Of a stretch of 64,000 bases of DNA, positions 41,131 to 49,389 are shown piece by piece. The stretch covers positions 1,856,001 to 1,920,000 of the forward strand of contig CAWGMQ010000008.1 in NCBI GenBank assembly GCA_963823665.1, given 5' to 3'. The stretch comes from an uncultured Planctomycetota bacterium. Lineage in GTDB: Bacteria > Planctomycetota > Planctomycetia > Isosphaerales > Isosphaeraceae. A model generated the notes under the pieces. That model did no database searches and was not told the origin of the DNA. It saw only the letters and a list, made by a program, of their open reading frames with translations. A program made the translations under genes and the position numbers. Each line of letters opens with the position of its first letter. Position 1 is the first letter of the stretch.

Positions 41131-43665
41131 TCAGGGTTGGTCCACGGGGCACGGCTCGGCGCCCCAGATGTCGCGGGCGTATTCCTGGATCGTGCGATCG
41201 CTGGAGAACGTCCCGGAGTGTGCCACGTTGATGATCGCCCGCCGCGACCAGGCGTCGGGTTGTCCATAGAGCCGGCCGACCTGCTCATGGGTCGTCAAGT
41301 AAGCCGAGAGGTCGGCCAGGTGCATGTAGTAGTCGCCATGGGTCAGCAAGGCGTCGCGGATCGGGCCGAAGACGCCCGGATCGCCCCGGTCGAAGGTTCC
41401 ATACTGGATCAAGTCGAGCGCCCGGCGCGTCTCGGGCTCGTTATCGTAATGGCAGCGGGGGTTGTACCAGCCGCGGCTGCTCTGGACCTGCTCGGCGGTC
41501 AGCCCGAAGAGGAAGAAGTTCTCCTCGCCGGCCGCCTCGGCCATCTCGATCGTCGCGCCGTCGCGGGTGCCGACGGTCAGGGCGCCGTTCATCATGAACT
41601 TCATGTTGCTGGTGCCGCTGGCCTCGAATCCGGCGGTGGAGATCTGCTCCGAGACGTCGCTGGCCGGGATCAGGCGCTGGGCCAGCGTGACGTTGTACTC
41701 GGGTAAGAACAGCACCTTGAGCCGCCCGCGGACCGCCGGGTCGGCGTCGATGACCGCCGCCACGTTGTTGATGAGGTGGATGATGAGCTTCGCCAAGGTG
41801 TAGGCCGGCGCCGCCTTGCCGGCGAAGAAGACCGTGCGCGGGGTCACATCCAGGCCAGGGTCGTCGCGCAGGCGGTTGTACAGCACCACCAGGTGCAGCA
41901 CGTTGAGCAGTTGCCGCTTGTACTCGTGAATCCGCTTGATCTGCGAATCGAAGATCGATTCCGGGTCGATCACCTGGCCGGTCGCATCGCGCAGCCAGCC
42001 AGCGAACCGCACCTTGGCCGCGCGCTTGGCCAGCCGAAAGGCATCGCGGAACGAGGGGTCTTCGGCCAGGGGGAGGAGCTTCTCGAGCAGCGCCAGGTCG
42101 ACAACCCAATCCTCGCCGATGACATCGGTGATGAGCTTCGCGAGGTCTGGGTTCGCCAGCAGGAGCCAGCGCCTCGGCGTCACGCCGTTGGTCTTGTTGT
42201 TGAAGCGGCCAGGGAACTGCTTGGCCAGGTCGCGCATCACGGTCGTCCGTAGCAGTTGCGAGTGGAGCGCGGCGACGCCGTTGGTGCTGTGCGAACCGAC
42301 GACGGCCAAGTGGGCCATCCGGACCCGCTTTTCCGCCTCTTCCTGGATCAGGCTGACGCGGCGGACGCGCTCCTCGTCGCCGGGGTGGCTCCGGCGCACG
42401 TCGTCGAGGAAGCGGCGATTGATCTCGTAGATGATCTCGAGATGCCGGGGAAGGCCGATCTCGAAGAGGGTGATCGGCCAGGTCTCCAGTGCCTCGGGCA
42501 GAAGGGTGTGATTGGTGTAGGCGAGCGTCCGGACCGTCAGGTCCCACGCGTCGTCCCAGCCCAGTCTGGCTTGATCCAGTAGGATCCGCATCAGCTCGGC
42601 GACGGCCAGCGCCGGGTGGGTGTCGTTGAGCTGGATCGCGACCTTATCGGGTAGCGCGTGCCAGTCGTTGCCCCGGCGGCGGAACCGCGCGACGATATCC
42701 GCCAGCGAGCAGGCGACCAGGAAATACTCCTGGACGAACCGCAGGCCCTTGCCGCGGGGCGTCGAGTCGTCGGGATAAAGGACCCGTGTGAGCGACTCGG
42801 CGGCGACCTTTTCGTGGACGGCGTCGAAGAAGTCACCGCGGCTGAACTCCCGGAAGTTGAAGTCCCGATGCGTCGCCGCGCCCCAAAGCCGCAGCGTGTT
42901 GATCGTCCGGCCGCCGTAGCCGACAATCGGCCGGTCGTAAGGCAAGCCCACGAGGGTCGTCGGGACGTCCCGGACGACCTCGAGCCAACCCTCCTTCAAC
43001 TGGAAGTCGCAATTCAGCCCGACTTCCACCGCCTCGCCCGGTCGGCCAACCTCCCAGGGATCGGGGCGGCGGAGCCAGTGGTCCGGGTGCTCGACCTGGC
43101 GGCCGTCGGCGATCTCCTGGCGGAAGATCCCGTACTCGTACCGCAGGCCGTAACCGATCGCGGGGAGCTGGAGCGTGGCCATCGAGTCCAGGAAGCAGGC
43201 GGCGAGCCGGCCCAGTCCGCCGTTGCCCAGGCCGGCGTCGGGCTCCGTCTCGGCAAGTTCCGCCCACTCCAGACCCTCGCGCTCGATGAACTCCCTCGCC
43301 ACCGATTCGGCCCGGAGGTTGAGGATGTTGTTCGTCAGCGACCGGCCGATCAGGAACTCCAGCGAGAGATAATACACCTGCTTGGGGTTGGCCTGATGGT
43401 ACGACTCGTCGGTCTTCAACCAGCGTTGCGAGAGCAGGTCGCGGAGGGCCCCGGCCACGGCCTCGAAGCGCTGGCGCGGGTCGGACTTCTCCGGACGGAC
43501 GACGTGGTCGAAGATGAGGTGTCGCTCGTAGGACGCATCGGGCGTCCCGCAGATCGCGACCGGCCCGCATTCGTATTGATCGAGGAGGGCCTGGGTGAGC
43601 GTGAGGGCCGGCTGGGCTGCCGCCTTTCCCTTGGGCCCCGCGGCGGTGGTGCGTTGCGTCTTCAT
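41131..43665 (-). CDS. glgP: Glycogen/starch phosphorylase
   Basis: YYLSLEFL, GLGNGGLGRLAACFLDS, IQLNDTHP, KRIHEYKRQ, EASGTSNMKF, FSSDRTI. Confidence 0.97.
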   Translation of the reverse strand: MKTQRTTAAGPKGKAAAQPALTLTQALLDQYECGPVAICGTPDASYERHLIFDHVVRPEKSDPRQRFEAVAGALRDLLSQRWLKTDESYHQANPKQVYYLSLEFLIGRSLTNNILNLRAESVAREFIEREGLEWAELAETEPDAGLGNGGLGRLAACFLDSMATLQLPAIGYGLRYEYGIFRQEIADGRQVEHPDHWLRRPDPWEVGRPGEAVEVGLNCDFQLKEGWLEVVRDVPTTLVGLPYDRPIVGYGGRTINTLRLWGAATHRDFNFREFSRGDFFDAVHEKVAAESLTRVLYPDDSTPRGKGLRFVQEYFLVACSLADIVARFRRRGNDWHALPDKVAIQLNDTHPALAVAELMRILLDQARLGWDDAWDLTVRTLAYTNHTLLPEALETWPITLFEIGLPRHLEIIYEINRRFLDDVRRSHPGDEERVRRVSLIQEEAEKRVRMAHLAVVGSHSTNGVAALHSQLLRTTVMRDLAKQFPGRFNNKTNGVTPRRWLLLANPDLAKLITDVIGEDWVVDLALLEKLLPLAEDPSFRDAFRLAKRAAKVRFAGWLRDATGQVIDPESIFDSQIKRIHEYKRQLLNVLHLVVLYNRLRDDPGLDVTPRTVFFAGKAAPAYTLAKLIIHLINNVAAVIDADPAVRGRLKVLFLPEYNVTLAQRLIPASDVSEQISTAGFEASGTSNMKFMMNGALTVGTRDGATIEMAEAAGEENFFLFGLTAEQVQSSRGWYNPRCHYDNEPETRRALDLIQYGTFDRGDPGVFGPIRDALLTHGDYYMHLADLSAYLTTHEQVGRLYGQPDAWSRRAIINVAHSGTFSSDRTIQEYARDIWGAEPCPVDQP

Positions 43666-44339
43666 GCGATGTGGTCCTTCTGCAGAGGGGAGGCTCTTCG
43701 ATCGTGACCGACGGCGGCGGCCATGCCGGGGCATCTCGCCTCGGCCGGCACGGCATGACGATCGTCGTTCCAGAGGCAGATGGCCGGATCCTCCGGCCCG
43801 TGCTCGTAGCCCAGGATCGACAGCGCGGCGGTGCCCAGCACGAAGCGGCAGGCGTCGCCCGGCGGCAGTCCCACCCACTGCGCGGCCAGCACGCGGAAGA
43901 AGTGGCCGTGCCCGAAGATCAGCGTGCGGCCCGGCATCGGACGAAGCCGCGCGATGACCCGATCGGCACGGGCGCCGACCGCTACGACCGATTCGCCGCC
44001 CGGGCAGCCGTCGCGGAAGAGGGACCAGCCCGGACGCTTGCTCCGGATCTCGGCCGTCGTGAGGCCCTCGTACTCGCCGTAATCCCACTCACGTAGGTCC
44101 GCGACGGGCACGGCCTGCTCGTCGAACCCGGCCAGCAGGCACGTCTGGCGCGCCCGTCGCAACGGGCTGACGAAGACCCGATCGAAGGCCAGGCCCCGGA
44201 GGCGGTCGTGCAGGCCCCAGGCGTTGTCCTCGCCGCGCTCGGTCAGGGGCAGATCCGTCCGGCCGGTGTGCTGGCGGCTGATCGTCCATGCCGTCTCGCC
44301 GTGCCGTGCCAGGTAGACTGCCGGCAGTGTCGCGCTCAT
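43662..44339 (-). CDS. Histidine phosphatase (phosphoglycerate mutase family)
   Basis: RHGET.W, HTGRTD, SPLRRA, EWDYG.YEG, GHGHF. Confidence 0.92.
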   Translation of the reverse strand: MSATLPAVYLARHGETAWTISRQHTGRTDLPLTERGEDNAWGLHDRLRGLAFDRVFVSPLRRARQTCLLAGFDEQAVPVADLREWDYGEYEGLTTAEIRSKRPGWSLFRDGCPGGESVVAVGARADRVIARLRPMPGRTLIFGHGHFFRVLAAQWVGLPPGDACRFVLGTAALSILGYEHGPEDPAICLWNDDRHAVPAEARCPGMAAAVGHDRRASPLQKDHIA

Positions 44340-44441
44340 CTTGCGGCCCTCGACGTCGGTTGTCCGGCATTCGGCCGGTCGGGGAAAGTCGCCTCGCCGT
44401 GAGAAATCAGTCGGAACGAGGATCTTCTGGATGGTGCTCAT
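44340..44441 (-). pseudogene. Universal stress protein N-terminal remnant, in frame with the phosphatase
   Basis: MSTIQKILVPTDFS is a typical USP N-terminus; similarity stops after 14 codons. Confidence 0.6.
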
Positions 44442-44465
44442 CGCGCGTCTCCATTCTGGAGGCCG

Positions 44466-46901
44466 TTACTCACCCGCCGGCAGCCTCCACTTCCAGTCGC
44501 GGATCTCCGGCATGTCCTGGCCGTACTTGCATATGTACAGCTTGTGCTCGATCAGCTTGTCGCGCACCGCCTGCTTGGCGTAGGCGGCCTTGCCCCCGAG
44601 CTGCGGCAGGCGGTCCACCACGTCGGCGACCAGGTGGAACCGGTCGAGGTCGTTCATGACCGTCATGTCGAACGCCGTCGAGATCGTCCCCTCCTCCTTG
44701 TAGCCGCGCACGTGCAGGTTATTGTGGTTCGTGCGGCGGTACGTCAGCCGGTGGATCAGCCAGGGGTAGCCGTGGTAGGCGAAGATGATCGGCTTGTCCT
44801 TGGTGAACAGCGTGTCGAAGTCGTGGTCCGAGAGCCCGTGGGGGTGCTCGGACTCCGGCTGGAGCTTCATCAGGTCGACCACGTTGACGACCCGGATCTT
44901 GAGGTCGGGGAGGTGCTCGCGGAGGAGCTGGACGGCGGCCAGGGTCTCCAGCGTCGGCACGTCGCCGGCGCAGGCCATGACCACGTCCGGCTCGCTCTCC
45001 TTGTCGTTACTCGCCCACTCCCAGATGCCGATCCCCGCCGTGCAATGCTTGATCGCCTCGTCCATCGTCAGCCACTGCGGCGAGGGGTGCTTGCTCGCCA
45101 CGATCACGTTGACGTAGTTGCGGCCGCGCAGGCAGTGGTCCATTACCGAGAGCAGCGTGTTGGTATCCGGTGGCAGATACACGCGGATGATCTCCGCCTT
45201 CTTGTTGACCACGTGGTCGATGAAGCCGGGGTCCTGGTGAGTGAAGCCGTTGTGGTCCTGGCGCCAGACGTGCGATGCCAGGAGGATGTTCAGGCTGGCG
45301 ATCGGCCGCCGCCAGGGGATATGGCGGGTGACCTTCAGCCACTTGGCGTGCTGGTTGAACATCGAGTCGATGATGTGGACGAACGCCTCGTAGGTGTTGA
45401 AGATCCCGTGGCGGCCGGTCAGGAGATAGCCCTCGAGCCAGCCCTCGCACTGGTGCTCGCTGAGCATCTCCATGACGCGCCCGTCGGCGGCGAGGTGGTC
45501 GTCGCTGGCGATGACCTCGCCGAGCCACTGCTTGTCGGTGGCCTCGAAGACGGCGGTCAGGCGGTTGGACGCCGTCTCGTCCGGGCCGAAGATCCGGAAA
45601 TTGCGGGTGTCTTGATTGAGCTTGATCACGTCGCGGAGGAACTTGCCCAAGGTGCGGGCGTCCTCGTTCATGACGCCGTCGGTCCGCGACACGGCGATGG
45701 CGTAATCGCCGAAGTCGGGCAGCCTCAGGTCGCGGAGCAGGATGCCGCCGTTGGCGTGCGGGTTGGCCCCCATCCGGCGCTCGCCCTCGGGGGCCAGCTC
45801 CTGCAGCTCGGGGATGAGCCGTCCCGTCACGTCGAAGAGTTCCTCGGGCTTGTAGCTGCGCATCCAGGCCTCGAGGATCTTCAGGTGCTCGGGATGCTCG
45901 GTTGGCTCGGACAGCGGCACCTGATGCGCCCGGTACGTCCCCTCGACCGGCAGGCCGTCGACGACCTTCGGCCCGGTCCAGCCTTTGGGCGTCTTCAGGA
46001 CGATCATCGGCCATCGCGGCCGCTCGGTGACGCCCCGCTCCCGCGCATCGGACTGGATGCGGAGGATGTCGGCGAGGACGCGGTCGAGCGTCGCGGCCAT
46101 GAGCTGGTGCATCGCCTCGGGCTCGTGCCCCTCGACGAAATGCGGGGTGTAGCCGTAGCCGCGCAGCAGATGCTCGAGCTCCTCGCAGCCGATGCGGGCC
46201 AGGACGGTCGGGTTGGCGATCTTGTAGCCGTTAAGGTGGAGGATCGGCAGCACGGCCCCGTCGTGCGCCGGGTTGAGGAACTTGTTCGAGTGCCAGCCGG
46301 TGGCCAGCGGGCCCGTCTCGGCCTCGCCGTCGCCGACGACGCAGGCCACGATCAAGTCAGGGTTGTCGAAGGCCGCGCCGAAGGCATGGCTGAGGCTGTA
46401 GCCAAGCTCGCCCCCCTCGTGGATCGAGCCGGGCGTCTCCGGGGCGACGTGGCTGGGGATGCCCCCGGGGAAGGAGAACTGCTGGAACAGCCGCTTCATG
46501 CCGGCCGCGTCCCGCGAGACGTTCGGGTAGAGCTCGCTGTAGGTGCCCTCCAGGTATGTATTGCCCACCAGGGCCGGCCCGCCGTGGCCGGGGCCCGAGA
46601 TGTAGATCATGTTCAGGTCATATTCCTTGATGACTCGGTTCAGATGGACGTAGATGAAGTTCTGCCCCGGAGTCGTCCCCCAGTGCCCCAGCAATCGGGG
46701 CTTGACGTGCTCGAGCTTCAGCGGCTCGCGCAAGAGCGGGTTGTCATAGAGGTAGATCTGCCCGACCGCCAGGTAGTTGGCGGCGCGCCAGTAGGCGTCC
46801 ATGAGGCGGAGATCGTCCGGCTCGAGGGAAGCCCGTTCGATGCTCGCGCGGGCCTCACCGTAGGCGCTCAGTGAATCTCGTTCGGTTGCGACGGTTGCCA
46901 T
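44466..46901 (-). CDS. xfp: Phosphoketolase (XFP)
   Basis: [54 protein letters not shown]. Confidence 0.97.
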   Translation of the reverse strand: MATVATERDSLSAYGEARASIERASLEPDDLRLMDAYWRAANYLAVGQIYLYDNPLLREPLKLEHVKPRLLGHWGTTPGQNFIYVHLNRVIKEYDLNMIYISGPGHGGPALVGNTYLEGTYSELYPNVSRDAAGMKRLFQQFSFPGGIPSHVAPETPGSIHEGGELGYSLSHAFGAAFDNPDLIVACVVGDGEAETGPLATGWHSNKFLNPAHDGAVLPILHLNGYKIANPTVLARIGCEELEHLLRGYGYTPHFVEGHEPEAMHQLMAATLDRVLADILRIQSDARERGVTERPRWPMIVLKTPKGWTGPKVVDGLPVEGTYRAHQVPLSEPTEHPEHLKILEAWMRSYKPEELFDVTGRLIPELQELAPEGERRMGANPHANGGILLRDLRLPDFGDYAIAVSRTDGVMNEDARTLGKFLRDVIKLNQDTRNFRIFGPDETASNRLTAVFEATDKQWLGEVIASDDHLAADGRVMEMLSEHQCEGWLEGYLLTGRHGIFNTYEAFVHIIDSMFNQHAKWLKVTRHIPWRRPIASLNILLASHVWRQDHNGFTHQDPGFIDHVVNKKAEIIRVYLPPDTNTLLSVMDHCLRGRNYVNVIVASKHPSPQWLTMDEAIKHCTAGIGIWEWASNDKESEPDVVMACAGDVPTLETLAAVQLLREHLPDLKIRVVNVVDLMKLQPESEHPHGLSDHDFDTLFTKDKPIIFAYHGYPWLIHRLTYRRTNHNNLHVRGYKEEGTISTAFDMTVMNDLDRFHLVADVVDRLPQLGGKAAYAKQAVRDKLIEHKLYICKYGQDMPEIRDWKWRLPAGE

Positions 46902-47029
46902 GGTTGCCTCCGGAAGGGAGCGATCTGGATGTTCTCGTCGGTGCGCTGTTAACTCGCGGGCTTCTAATCTCCTATGCGTTCGGGGAGGACACCGTGGTGC
47001 GAGGACGTAATTACGCCGCGAGTGCGAGT

Positions 47030-47210
47030 GAGCCGGCATGCTCGAGGAGCACGCCCCGACGTCCCGCAACACGTCCGGGGGTCGCAGGCACATGTCGTGG
47101 GCCCGCATCACGACCTTGGACTGGACACCGCCGACCCGGTCCCCGGCGACCGGCACGAGACCGTCGGTCGCGCCCGTGGCCGTCGGATCGCCGAGGGCCG
47201 CGATGATCAG
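47030..47210 (-). pseudogene. C-terminal remnant of an alpha/beta hydrolase
   Basis: IIAALGDP...TDGLVP...GVQSKVV.RAH...VLLEH resembles esterase/lipase C-termini. Confidence 0.4.
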
Positions 47211-47300
47211 GTGGCATCTCCGACCGTGTCGATCGCTTGATCCCCTTTCGACGTCCGGTCGTGCCTCCCCGAGTTCTCCGGACAGTCACGTCGGGGTCCG

Positions 47301-47344
47301 AAAAACAAAAAAGCCCCGCACCGCGATATGTCGCGGAACGGGGC
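47301..47344 (-). terminator. Intrinsic terminator in the 5' leader of the xfp cluster
   Basis: Minus strand GCCCCG-TT-CCGCGA-CATA-TCGCGG-TG-CGGGGC-TTTTTTGTTTTT. Confidence 0.8.
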
Positions 47345-47395
47345 CACTCTAGAGCCGGGACCGCATTCCCGCCCTGAGAATGCGATAGTCACACA
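47301..47395 (-). ncRNA. Candidate structured leader/small RNA (~95 nt)
   Basis: Hairpin CGCATTCTC-AGGGC-GGGAATGCG, linker CCCGGCTCTAGAGT, then terminator; lies just downstream of a promoter. Confidence 0.5.
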
Positions 47396-47397
47396 TC

Positions 47398-47427
47398 AGC
47401 ATGCCAGGAACTGCTTTGTTTTGTCAA
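47398..47427 (-). promoter_or_regulatory. sigma70-type promoter TTGACA-N18-CATGCT (TG extended)
   Basis: Perfect -35 in an AT-rich patch, oriented toward the leader hairpins and xfp. Confidence 0.55.
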
Positions 47428-47559
47428 CCCATTGGATTCAGGACGGGTAACGTCCAACAAGCAAAACGTGTTGCTTCCTCTCTACACTGACCCACTGCTG
47501 TCAGTGGTGCCTCGTACGCCGCGGCTCATCAACCCGATTCCCAAGGGTACGAGCCGCCG

Positions 47560-47886
47560 ATGAATCCTTCGACTCACATCAAGCAACGGCAGATCCTGTG
47601 GGCGCTCCGGGATGGCAAGCGCTTCGGAAGCGAGTACGGCAACCACCCGGACCCGGCCCAGCGGGCCCGGGTCGAGAGGTCGTTCGTGTACGAACTTGAC
47701 GACAACGACTTGAAGCTGCTCGGCGAAGCAGCCCGGCAGGAATTCGAAGCCGGTGATGGGGACGAACTCGCGGTCCGGCCGGCATCCAGCGCCCCTCGGC
47801 AGGCGGGCGGACAATCGCGGGCGACGCGTTTCAATTCCGCGCTGTGCGCGTCGGTTGGATCGACGAATGGCACGTGCGCGCGTTAG
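47560..47886 (+). pseudogene. Truncated hypothetical protein, possibly a restriction-endonuclease-like N-terminus
   Basis: ARQEFEAGDGDEL...NSALC pattern; ORF degenerates and ends near the resolvase remnant. Confidence 0.35.
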
Positions 47887-47984
47887 ACCGGGCAAGGAGA
47901 CGCGTGAGTCTGGGGTCTTTGGGGAATGCCCAGCTTCTTCATGTTTCGAACTCTAAGTGCCATTCGTCGGATCGACCGAGGCGT

Positions 47985-48063
47985 TGAATGCCGGCTTGAG
48001 GTCATCATGCCGCAAGCCGAGATTTTGCTCCGTCGTCGAAACCCTCGCATAGCGGATGATCAT
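47985..48063 (-). pseudogene. Second resolvase remnant (5' end only)
   Basis: MIIRYARVSTTEQNLGL; upstream 48055-48123 resembles 25877-25955 (GCCGCT.GAGT..AGAAACCCGTCG). Confidence 0.8.
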
Positions 48064-48180
48064 CCTCCACCGGCTGGCCGCTGGAGTAAAGAAACCCGTC
48101 GCAGTGGGTTTTTTGAGATGATGTGGCTTAGCGGCCGACATGCCTGCTGGCGCGCGATGCGAATAGAAGGGGTGCTCACG

Positions 48181-48952
48181 GTAGAGTAGCGGAGGGGCAG
48201 GCAAGCCTGCCTCCTCCGCCCTCCTCAAACCGGACAGACGGATTTCCCGTATCCGGCTTTACCGACCTATCTCGCTCACAGGCAATTCACAGGGGGATCA
48301 ACTAGACATTCACAAACGCCGCAGGCCGAGGCGTTGCAGCTTGGCATAGAATGTCTGGCCTTCCGCTGGGCGGAAGGGGCGTTGACTCCTCCTGTTTGGC
48401 CTTGTGGGCCAGTTTTCTTCTCAGTTCAGAGATTTCTTCCGTAGTGGGACTTTCGTCCAAGCGGATCTCCTTACTTCTGATGGAAACGTTAGGTCGGCAG
48501 GGGTCCTTCGCTCCACGGGAGTTACCCGGCTTCATCGCTACTACGGCCCCCTCCGACTCCCGGCCGTGCCCAGTGACGGTTATTTGTTTCCGCCACTAGT
48601 TGGTTGGGCCCCATGCCATAGGGTCGTCCCACACCGTCGGGTCTCTCAGGGTTTCTCGCGGATCTTTCGACGCCCGCTGTCCCCAACCACCCCGGGTAGC
48701 CCATCCGCTGCTTCTGCTCGTTGCTTCGCGGACGGTATCAGGTTTCAACATCTTTGGGAGGCTGACCACTACCATTGAAGCGTAACGAGGCCGAATCGGG
48801 ATCGCTTTCGCTACGGCTGACGTCTTCGCCTTCTCGGACTCCGGCGAGTGGGGTCACCCCCGCCGCCGCCGAGTTGGCTTCATGGTGAACGAGCAATTGC
48901 CATGGCCAGTTCCTTTCAACTGACGAGATCAACGAGCCTAAGCCTGACGAAC
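48181..48952 (-). mobile_element. Group II intron (772 nt) with internally deleted RT/maturase
   Basis: 5' GTTCGTCAGG; DIII GGAGTCGGAGGGGGCCGTAGTAGCGATGAAGCCGGGTAAC...GGAGCGAAGGACCCC; DV AAGCCGGATACGGGAAATCCGTCTGTCCGGTTT; DVI ending CTACTCTAC; IEP remnants LRRKLAHKAKQE and RSQRPFRP...FYAKLQRLGLRRL*. Confidence 0.92.
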
Positions 48953-49008
48953 CAAAGGCGCCAAGGTGGAGCAGGCGCGAATCGAACATGCAGGCTCTGT
49001 GGTCAGGT

Positions 49009-49293
49009 TCAGTTGAACGGCGGGAGTTCAATTCGACGGGTTTCAGGGATCTGAGGGATGGCATCCGGGACGTCGTTCGGGCCCAAGCTGGCACGGTGCA
49101 AGAATCGCGGGGCGGAGCGAGTCTGTTTATCGTAGCTGAGGGAGGCACGCCGTTCTTGCACGAGGTGGACGAGGTAGGCGCGGACGTCTTCAGGGCTAAG
49201 GTGCTCCGGTGAGGAATTAAAGAAACGTTTGAAGCGGGCGATGCATTGGACGTAGGTGTCGATGGTCTGCAGCGTGGAATTGCGGAGACTCAT
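49009..49293 (-). pseudogene. Tyrosine recombinase N-terminal SAM-like fragment (type found beside IS91-like transposases)
   Basis: LRN....TI.TYV..IARF..FF..SPEHLSPEDVRAYLVHLVQER; no catalytic domain. Confidence 0.75.
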
Positions 49294-49389
49294 ATCCCGC
49301 TTTTCTCAGCGTCAAGGAACCCGTCGCATTATCAGAGATGTTGACAGTGTCCTTTGTGTCCGTCTTCTCCGCGTCTCGGCGTGATGCAA

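Noticed and set aside
43666..44088. N-terminal extensions of glgP (to 44088) and xfp (to 47156) in the ORF track
   Set aside because: They overlap the phosphatase gene or a decayed remnant; homology begins near ATG 43665 and ATG 46901
44544..46874. Long antisense ORFs (e.g. 44544-46874, 1512-3053, 28021-29532, 31792-33408, 23105-24574)
   Set aside because: Shadow frames of well-supported genes in high-GC DNA with no family motifs
47560..47886. Active restriction or defence system
   Set aside because: Only a short degenerate fragment with weak resemblance and no partner genes
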